The notes beneath the pieces are model-generated. The model saw only the letters and a program-made list of their open reading frames with translations, was not told the DNA's origin and made no database searches. Positions 31,067 through 37,878 of a DNA stretch of 40,585 bases are shown here, one piece after another (position 1 is the first letter of the stretch; the number at the start of each line of letters is the position of its first letter). Source of the DNA: Bacteroidota bacterium (GTDB lineage Bacteria > Bacteroidota > Ignavibacteria > Ignavibacteriales > Ignavibacteriaceae); NCBI GenBank assembly GCA_021778375.1, contig JAJYCM010000001.1:1-40585 (forward strand), written 5' to 3'. The position numbers were made by a program, and so were the translations under genes.

Positions 31067-31151
31067 TGGGATTTCTCCTTCGATGACTCAGTCGAAATTA
31101 CACTTGCTTACCTCTGTCATATCGAAGGAGTCATACGACTGAGATATCCCA
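31067..31151. repeat. Repeat module A as an imperfect inverted pair (about 85-nt hairpin, MITE/REP-like)
   Basis: Arms are 31067-31102 (TGGGATTTCTCCTTCGATGACTCAGTCGAAATTACA) and 31115-31151 (TGTCATATCGAAGGAGTCATACGACTGAGATATCCCA), with a 12-nt spacer. The second arm aligns with copy 1 at 29292-29327. Confidence 0.75.
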
Positions 31152-31179
31152 AGTTCAACTCGTGCACTAAGCTATATAT

Positions 31180-31287
31180 ACGCAAAGGGTTATTGTTACA
31201 AAATGAAAAACCTCGGAGGTTTTCCTAAACCTCCGAGGTTTTTCACCCCACTTCTATTGTATCTGAAATTGTCTGAGTAACATTAAT
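31180..31287 (+). repeat. Intergenic repeat module B, copy 2
   Basis: Direct-orientation partner of 29564-29671. It lies between the convergent FN3K and bshB1 genes. Confidence 0.85.
31206..31243. terminator. Twin-hairpin candidate bidirectional terminator between convergent genes
   Basis: AAAAACCTC-g-GAGGTTTT, then cct, then AAACCTC-c-GAGGTTTTT. An A-run precedes and a T-run follows, so the reverse complement looks the same. It sits between the FN3K stop (31037) and the bshB1 stop (31293). Confidence 0.5.
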
Positions 31288-31292
31288 AGTAA

Positions 31293-32012
31293 TTATCTTT
31301 TCAAAGAATTCAATATATCCAATTCGATTTTTTCTTCGCAATAAAACGGCTCACCATAATGTTTGCCTATCTGAAAACCATAAAACTGCGAACGCGATTG
31401 CACATAATCTATAAACTCCGGTCGGCTTATAAAGGTTTCCGGTTCAACGCTTCGCGGATTGTGAAACTGCGTCTCATAACACTTTATAGCCTTCATTTTT
31501 TGACTGAAACTATCTGTTATGTCCACAATGAAAGAGGGTTCAAAAGTATAAGTCTGCATATAATAATAAAGCCTGGTTGGTCTGTAAGCTTCCTGGATCA
31601 TCTCTTTTTCAAATGTTTTAACTTTAGCTAAACCTGTTGAAAACATTCCTTCCTTTACGAGTATGCTTGCATCAATGTGATCTGGATGACGATCATTAAA
31701 ATACGGCGCAAATATTATCTTTGGTTTATATCTCCTTATCATCATTATTACCTTCATCAAGTTTTCTTTATTGCGTTGAATAAAGCCATCTGGTATATCA
31801 AGATTTTCACGTACGGCAACTTTCAATATAATTGCTGCTTGGAAGGCTTCTTTCTGCCTTGTCTCGGCGCTTCCCCGCGTACCTAATTCTCCTTTGGTAA
31901 AATCAATTATTCCAACTTTTAAGTTGTGAGATGTTAATTTGTGAATTGTCCCACCCATCGATAATTCTGCATCATCCGGATGCGCGGCAAAAACAAGTGC
32001 ATCAAGGTTCAT
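31293..32012 (-). CDS. bshB1: PIG-L family N-acetylglucosaminyl deacetylase, BshB1-type (bacillithiol biosynthesis)
   Basis: Motifs AHPDDAELSMGGT, TKGELGTRGS and HPDH. 239 aa. Confidence 0.8.
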   Translation of the reverse strand: MNLDALVFAAHPDDAELSMGGTIHKLTSHNLKVGIIDFTKGELGTRGSAETRQKEAFQAAIILKVAVRENLDIPDGFIQRNKENLMKVIMMIRRYKPKIIFAPYFNDRHPDHIDASILVKEGMFSTGLAKVKTFEKEMIQEAYRPTRLYYYMQTYTFEPSFIVDITDSFSQKMKAIKCYETQFHNPRSVEPETFISRPEFIDYVQSRSQFYGFQIGKHYGEPFYCEEKIELDILNSLKR

Positions 32013-32058
32013 TACTAAGTACCTCTTTTTTGACGTTTCAACTTAAATAGATTTTAGC

Positions 32059-33747
32059 ATGAATTCCAGATTTCACACAATATTTATTAAAACTTTTTTA
32101 TTATTCCGTATAAGTTTAATATATTTCTTTTTTTTCGGAGCATTTATGAAGTTTGAAGATAAAAAAGCATTTGTTAACGGGAATATTTTCACGGTTGATG
32201 AAATACAGCCGTTTGCCGAATCGGTTGTGACTCGAGGAAATAAAATTCTATTTGCCGGATCAAACGACGATGCGAAATATTTTATTGACGCATCTACTGA
32301 GGTAATCAATCTGTATGGGAAATTAATGCTCCCCGGTTTTATTGATAGCCATGTTCATTTCATCGCAGGCGGCTTTTATTTGCTTGGGCTTGATCTGCGC
32401 CCTGCAAAATCTATCGGAGAGTTTATATCAATTCTCAAGGATTATGTTAATTCCAATAAGGGGAAATGGATTACCGGCGGTAACTGGAACCACCAGGACT
32501 GGGAGACAAAATCTCTGCCCTCGAAAGATATGATTGATGATTTTTCAGCTGATACGCCAATATTTATTTACCGGATGGATGGACATCTCGCACTTGCTAA
32601 TTCTCTTGCACTTAGATTAGCGGGCATAACAAAAGACACACAAAATCCCGATGGAGGCATAATCGAAAAGAATCCTCTAACCGGAGAACCTACCGGAATC
32701 CTGAAAGACAATGCTATACAATTGATCTCTTCAATAAGTCCCCTCCCATCTCGGGAAGAATATATTAAAGCCGGATTGGCGGCATTAGAAGAAGCTAAAA
32801 GATTCGGCATTACGAGTGTCCATGATATTACTCTTCAAAATGATTTAATCACTTATCAAAAATTATATAAAGATAAGAAACTTACATGCCGGATTTACAC
32901 ACGACTTCCCATTGCCGTCTATAAAAGTTTAATCGATTCAGGAGCATTATACAACTTCGGAAATGAACGGATTAAGATTGGTTCATTGAAAGCTTTTTCC
33001 GATGGATCGCTAGGAGCCGGTACTGCTTGGTTCTTCGAGAATTATAAAGACAGTAAAACAAATTCTGGTTTGCCGATGGATATTGTATCTAACGGGAATC
33101 TGGAAAAGTGGGCAATTGAAGCGGATAGGTATCAACTTCAGCTTTCAATTCATGCTATTGGCGATAAAGCAAATTCATACGTCCTTGATCTCCTTGAAAT
33201 AATTCAAAAAGCTAATCCTGTGTGGGACCGGCGTTTTAGAGTCGAACATGCGCAGCATGTAAGGAAAATCGATATAAAACGTTTAGCAAATCTAAATGCA
33301 ATCGTTTCGGCTCAGCCTTATCATAGTTTTGACGACGGAGCATGGGCTGATATGAAAATAAATGAACATCAACTTCACGAAGCATATTCATTTAAGTCTT
33401 TTTTAGAGGAAGGCATTAAATTGTGTTTCGGAAGTGATTGGACGGTGGCGCCTATCAATCCCCTGCTTGGAATTTATTCAGCAGTTACAAGACAAACTGC
33501 CGGAGGGAAATATAAAAACGGATGGATCCCGGAAGAAAAAATATCTGTTGAGGATTCTATTAAGTGCTATACAGTAAATGGAGCATTCGCTTCATTTGAA
33601 GAAAACATTAAAGGCAGCATTCAAGCTGGGAAGCTTGCGGATATGGTCGTTCTTAGTGATGATATCCTATCCATCGAACCGGATAAGATTAAAGATGTTC
33701 AAGTCGATATGACGATTTTTGACGGAGAAATTATTTACCAAAAATGA
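32059..33747 (+). CDS. Amidohydrolase family protein (Amidohydro_3 / YtcJ-like metal-dependent hydrolase)
   Basis: Motifs PGFIDSHVHF, HAIGD, VEHAQH and GSDW. The first 29 residues are a hydrophobic extension. An alternative start at ATG 32146 (MKFEDKKAFVNGNIFT) is plausible. Confidence 0.85.
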   Translation: MNSRFHTIFIKTFLLFRISLIYFFFFGAFMKFEDKKAFVNGNIFTVDEIQPFAESVVTRGNKILFAGSNDDAKYFIDASTEVINLYGKLMLPGFIDSHVHFIAGGFYLLGLDLRPAKSIGEFISILKDYVNSNKGKWITGGNWNHQDWETKSLPSKDMIDDFSADTPIFIYRMDGHLALANSLALRLAGITKDTQNPDGGIIEKNPLTGEPTGILKDNAIQLISSISPLPSREEYIKAGLAALEEAKRFGITSVHDITLQNDLITYQKLYKDKKLTCRIYTRLPIAVYKSLIDSGALYNFGNERIKIGSLKAFSDGSLGAGTAWFFENYKDSKTNSGLPMDIVSNGNLEKWAIEADRYQLQLSIHAIGDKANSYVLDLLEIIQKANPVWDRRFRVEHAQHVRKIDIKRLANLNAIVSAQPYHSFDDGAWADMKINEHQLHEAYSFKSFLEEGIKLCFGSDWTVAPINPLLGIYSAVTRQTAGGKYKNGWIPEEKISVEDSIKCYTVNGAFASFEENIKGSIQAGKLADMVVLSDDILSIEPDKIKDVQVDMTIFDGEIIYQK

Positions 33748-34593
33748 TTAAGTCTTCATAACGAGAGATATCCATTCATCCATTTGTTTTTTCTCGACTA
33801 ATTCAAATCCAAACTTCTTATAAACTTGAACTATATCTTCCTCGTCATTCATAAGTAGTCCGGATAGAATCACTATCCCCTTTTGATTCAATTTTGATTT
33901 TATTTCTTCGGCTATTCGGATTAAAATGTTTTTTTGAATATTCGCCGCTATTAAATCAAAATCATTTTCATGGATATCTTTTATTTCACCTAAGACTATT
34001 TTAATTTTTTCTTCAACCCCATTTAATGCACAATTTTCATTTCCGTTTTCAAAACACCATTCATCATTATCTACAGCGACAGCGGACTTTGCGCCAAGTT
34101 TCACAGCCACAATTGAAAGAATACCTGTCCCCGAACCAACATCAAGCAGGCGGGCTCCCGGTTCTAAATACTTTTCTAAAAGCTGAATTACAAGTTTTGT
34201 TGTCTGATGTTCTCCCGTTCCAAATGACATTTTAGGAACAATATTTATTACTATTTCTCCAGCGGCCTTACTGTATTCACGAAAGGTTGGTTTTATGACT
34301 ATCCTATCCGAAACTTTAATAATATTTAAACTTTTCTCCCACTCTTCATTCCAGTTTTTATCTTCGACTAAATTTTCTTCAACGATATAATTCAACAAAA
34401 CTTTTTGTGCAACTAATTTTTCAAGTTCATTTGAAAGATCTTCGGATGAAAGAGTGCTGCTCCCTTCGGCAAAAACTTTAATGCAATTTACTTCCTCCGA
34501 AACGCCTGTAATTTCCAATTGCCATAGTACGCTGCTTATAATTTCTGGGATAAAAGGTTCTGAAGAAACAACGAATTCTTTATAGTATTTCAA
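33748..34593 (-). CDS. prmA: Ribosomal protein L11 methyltransferase
   Basis: Motif GTGEHQTT and SAM motif LDVGSGTGILS. 281 aa. Its stop abuts the convergent amidohydrolase stop with no spacer. Confidence 0.9.
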   Translation of the reverse strand: MKYYKEFVVSSEPFIPEIISSVLWQLEITGVSEEVNCIKVFAEGSSTLSSEDLSNELEKLVAQKVLLNYIVEENLVEDKNWNEEWEKSLNIIKVSDRIVIKPTFREYSKAAGEIVINIVPKMSFGTGEHQTTKLVIQLLEKYLEPGARLLDVGSGTGILSIVAVKLGAKSAVAVDNDEWCFENGNENCALNGVEEKIKIVLGEIKDIHENDFDLIAANIQKNILIRIAEEIKSKLNQKGIVILSGLLMNDEEDIVQVYKKFGFELVEKKQMDEWISLVMKT

Positions 34594-34673
34594 TTTTGGT
34601 GAATAGTTTTGTTGCTGAATAAATAAATATTTTGTAACTCAAAGTTATCCAAATAATTTGTCTGATAAAAATA

Positions 34674-34729
34674 ATGTCATTTCGACCGGAGGGAGAATTC
34701 CCATTTTAGACAGTTTTCAGACCTCTCTT
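34674..34729 (+). repeat. Intergenic repeat module A, copy 3
   Basis: ATGTCATTTCGA...GAGAATTCCCATTTTAGACAGTTTTCAGACCTCTCTT. The tail matches copy 1 at 35 of 37 positions by hand count. Confidence 0.8.
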
Positions 34730-34737
34730 AATATGCC

Positions 34738-34858
34738 GCACCGCTGGTGCTTTGCCCTTAAAATGATGAATCCCTTATATCTAATCAAGCCAGCCGCAGA
34801 GCGGCGACACATAGTTTGACTTTTTATGTCAAACCTACCGGACAGGTAGACCTGCCGG
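34738..34858. other. Cluster of four GC-rich hairpins in the dacB-prmA spacer (candidate structured RNA or repeat mosaic)
   Basis: Four hairpins: GCACC-gct-GGTGC (34738-34750), GCCGC-aga-GCGGC (34793-34805), GTTTGAC-tttttat-GTCAAAC (34814-34834) and CCGGACAGG-taga-CCTGCCGG (34838-34858). Confidence 0.4.
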
Positions 34859-34934
34859 GACGGAATATTTTTCCTGACTTTTTCTTTTTTAATTTTTCCT
34901 TGCGGCTCGCCGTGCTATTATAATTAAATGACTA

Positions 34935-36365
34935 CTATTTCATTGATGCAAGTATATTGCAAATTTCATCCTGAAATTGCCGTCCGTTTTTAGCGGAACC
35001 CACAAAATCATTAATAATAACACTAAAAAGGAGAAGATGATCATTTTTAGATTTCACAAAACCTGAAAGACTTGTAACCCCGCTAAGTGAACCTGTTTTT
35101 GCATGCACATTGTTTTGAACTGGATAATTTTGCATCCTATATTTCAAAGTGCCGTCAACCCCTGCGACAGGAAATGAATTGTATATTATTTTAAATATAT
35201 CCGGATGGTTGAAGTAAAAATATTTAAGAACGGAAACTATCGTTTCAGTAGAAATTAAATTATAATGAGACACCCCTGAACCATCAACAATACGATAATC
35301 TGCGGGCGACAATCCGCTCATTGCTATCAGGCTGTCAACCATTTTGATCCCGTTTATTGCACTTGCTGGTTTACCATAACATTTAGCGGAAAGCGCATAT
35401 AGCACCATCTCAGCACCCAGGTTATAACTGATTTTGTTTGTATTGGAAACAACATCAGAAAGTTTCCTATTTATATCAGATAGCTTTATTGCATAGTTTG
35501 GAGTGTTGGCAAAATATAATTTACCGTCTAAATATATTCCGTCATTTTGAAGGTGTCCTTTTAACAAAGACAAAAAATATAATTCGGGATTGTAAACATT
35601 CAACCTGGTTGTATCTTGAATCGCATCTGGTACAGTTAATTTTACTCCGCCGTTTACTAAAATATTATTTTTCCTATCTATCCACTCCCTGGTAATTGAT
35701 AATGTAGAAGGACTGTCTGCCGGAATTGTTATTGAGTTGTTATAAATATGCAGAAAATCTGTCTTAGGAATTAAGTTAACAGAAGCCCTTTTGCCAAGCC
35801 GGGTTCCCTTTACCACCACACCAATTGAATTTTCATTTACATTAAGCGGTGTTAAATAAGGTGCATCAGTAGAAGGATCGTCATCCCACATCCATCCTTT
35901 TCCCCAAAACAAAGAATCCATCATGGAAATATCCCCGAAAAGATTTCCGGTTATCTCTTTAATTCCTATAGATTTTATTTCTGATGAAATCTTTTCAATA
36001 TCCTTTGTGGAAAAATCCGGATCACATCCTCCTTGGATAAATAAATTGCCATAAAGTGTTCCATTTATAATTTGACCGGAATAATAGACTGTGGTTTGGA
36101 ATTGATAATTAGGTTTTAAGAATAACAATCCGGCGGAGGTAGTTAATATTTTTAAATTTGAAGCCGGTCTTACAAGTAAATTTTCATTTCTTTGATAGAG
36201 ATATTTGTTAGCAGTCAAATCGAAAACGTCAACTGCCATAATTGATTTCAAAAAGAATGGGTTTGAATAAATTGAATCAATTTTAGTCCTTAATTCTTGA
36301 GTGCCGCTTTGAGAAAATGCGTTCGGAACAATAATGAATAGAACAAAAATAAGAATTGCTTTCAT
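34935..36365 (-). CDS. dacB: D-alanyl-D-alanine carboxypeptidase/endopeptidase, PBP4 (peptidase S13)
   Basis: S13 pattern with active-site RPASNLK (SxxK) and typical length. I prefer the ATG at 36365 (MKAILIFVLFIIVPNAFSQ signal peptide, AGGAAAA RBS). The longest ORF starts at a GTG at 36419. Confidence 0.88.
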   Translation of the reverse strand: MKAILIFVLFIIVPNAFSQSGTQELRTKIDSIYSNPFFLKSIMAVDVFDLTANKYLYQRNENLLVRPASNLKILTTSAGLLFLKPNYQFQTTVYYSGQIINGTLYGNLFIQGGCDPDFSTKDIEKISSEIKSIGIKEITGNLFGDISMMDSLFWGKGWMWDDDPSTDAPYLTPLNVNENSIGVVVKGTRLGKRASVNLIPKTDFLHIYNNSITIPADSPSTLSITREWIDRKNNILVNGGVKLTVPDAIQDTTRLNVYNPELYFLSLLKGHLQNDGIYLDGKLYFANTPNYAIKLSDINRKLSDVVSNTNKISYNLGAEMVLYALSAKCYGKPASAINGIKMVDSLIAMSGLSPADYRIVDGSGVSHYNLISTETIVSVLKYFYFNHPDIFKIIYNSFPVAGVDGTLKYRMQNYPVQNNVHAKTGSLSGVTSLSGFVKSKNDHLLLFSVIINDFVGSAKNGRQFQDEICNILASMK

Positions 36366-36434
36366 TTTTCCTAATAGCATTGATTTTCCATTCATTTCAT
36401 TCATATTTTCTAATTTCACTTATTCCTAATTGCC

Positions 36435-36477
36435 TTACTCTGTTACTCGTCACTTGTCACTTCGTTACTCGTTACTA
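36435..36477. repeat. Six tandem TYACT (minus strand AGTRA) units with 7-8 nt period
   Basis: TYACT starts at 36435, 36443, 36450, 36457, 36465 and 36472. The tract lies between the TatD-rSAM stop and the dacB start. Confidence 0.8.
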
Positions 36478-36479
36478 AT

Positions 36480-37841
36480 TTAGAAAAAATGTCTTACTCT
36501 AAATTCGGCGCCTATTTTTTCTTCAGCTACTTTTCTTGCTCGTTCGATATCTACTTCTGCAATAGAAACTATTGACATAACGACTTTTCCCGTATAACTT
36601 TTTGCGCTTTTTGCGAAATCTACCATTTCATTAAAGTAGCTTATATCCAAACCCATCATTTCGGAATATTGTCGCGGATCGCCGCTGTTTAAACTTATAG
36701 AAACGGTATCGATTAATCCTTTTAATTCCGGCGTAATATCTTTTTTATTGATAAGGTTACCATGCCCGTTAGTGTTGAGTCTTGTTTTTCCTCCCGCGCT
36801 TTTAACGTGCTTTGCTATTTCTTTTACGACTTCCCAGCGGATAGTCGGCTCTCCGTATCCGCAAAAAATAATTTCTTTATACTTAGTCGGATCACCGATC
36901 TGATCCAAATAAACTTCAGCTCCTGGCTCCTCATCCTTACTCATTTTCAAATTATATCCGCTTACTTCAGCCGCGCCTAAACGGTCGCAGAATGCACAAT
37001 GTGCATTACATCTGTTTGTAATGTTGAGATATAGATTATCGCCGATCCGATAAGTAAGGCTCCTTTTCGGTTTGTCTCCGATTCCAAAAAACTTAAAAAC
37101 ATTATAAGAAGTTACCCGGGCAACATCTTCAATATTTAGCTTATGAATTTGTGCAATAGTCTCGGCAACATACTTAACGTATGCCGGTTCATTTCTTTTG
37201 CCGCGGTTCGGTTCGGGTGTAAGATATGGAGAATCGGTTTCAAGCAAAATGTGTTCAATGCTTATTGATGATAAAATATTTCTTAAATCGTCAGCTTTCT
37301 TGAAAGTGATATTCCCTGTAAACGAAAGGAAGTGATTCATTCTTACTAATTCTTTTGCATCTTCCATTTTACCGTTGAAGCAGTGAAATTGAGCCCTCAA
37401 ATCGGTGCTTCCGTATGAACGGATAATTTCCATCATAGCAGCGTCCGAATCTCTATTGTGAATAATTACAGGCTTATTAATTTTTACAGCTAAGTCTAAT
37501 TGGGCTTTGAATGCTTCGATTTGTTTTTCTTTCGGTGAAAAATCGTAAAAATAGTCCAAACCAATCTCACCGATTGCAACAATTTTTTCATGCTTTGCTA
37601 ATTGTTCTATCCGGTCAATTATCGCATCTGTCCAATCTTTCGTTTCATGCGGATGGATTCCGACAGCGCCGTATATGAAATCATATTTTTCAATTAGTTC
37701 TATTACTTGTTCTGAAGTAGCAATATCCGTTGCGGGGACTATTATTTTACTTACGCCTGCGTCAGCAGCACGTTTCAGAACTTCATCCAAATCATCTTTA
37801 TATTTTGGATCAAACAAATGTGCATGAGTGTCTATAAACAT
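36480..37841 (-). CDS. Fusion protein: TatD-family metal-dependent hydrolase (N-terminal) + TatD-associated radical SAM domain (C-terminal)
   Basis: Residues 1-255 carry TatD motifs DTHAHL, GEIGLDY, HCF and ETDSPYL. Residues about 262-453 carry CNAHCAFC (CX3CX2C, Cys278/282/285) and a GYGEP glycine-rich motif. Confidence 0.85.
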   Translation of the reverse strand: MFIDTHAHLFDPKYKDDLDEVLKRAADAGVSKIIVPATDIATSEQVIELIEKYDFIYGAVGIHPHETKDWTDAIIDRIEQLAKHEKIVAIGEIGLDYFYDFSPKEKQIEAFKAQLDLAVKINKPVIIHNRDSDAAMMEIIRSYGSTDLRAQFHCFNGKMEDAKELVRMNHFLSFTGNITFKKADDLRNILSSISIEHILLETDSPYLTPEPNRGKRNEPAYVKYVAETIAQIHKLNIEDVARVTSYNVFKFFGIGDKPKRSLTYRIGDNLYLNITNRCNAHCAFCDRLGAAEVSGYNLKMSKDEEPGAEVYLDQIGDPTKYKEIIFCGYGEPTIRWEVVKEIAKHVKSAGGKTRLNTNGHGNLINKKDITPELKGLIDTVSISLNSGDPRQYSEMMGLDISYFNEMVDFAKSAKSYTGKVVMSIVSIAEVDIERARKVAEEKIGAEFRVRHFF

Positions 37842-37878
37842 AATGTTCTATTTTTTTACAAAATTAATACGTGAAATA

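Noticed and set aside
29564-31287. Integron-type gene cassette, with attC sites flanking the LMW-PTP/FN3K pair.
   Set aside because: There is no integrase in the window and no RYYYAAC/GTTRRRY core sites at the repeat ends. The repeats are direct copies with terminator-like hairpins rather than attC-type imperfect palindromes.
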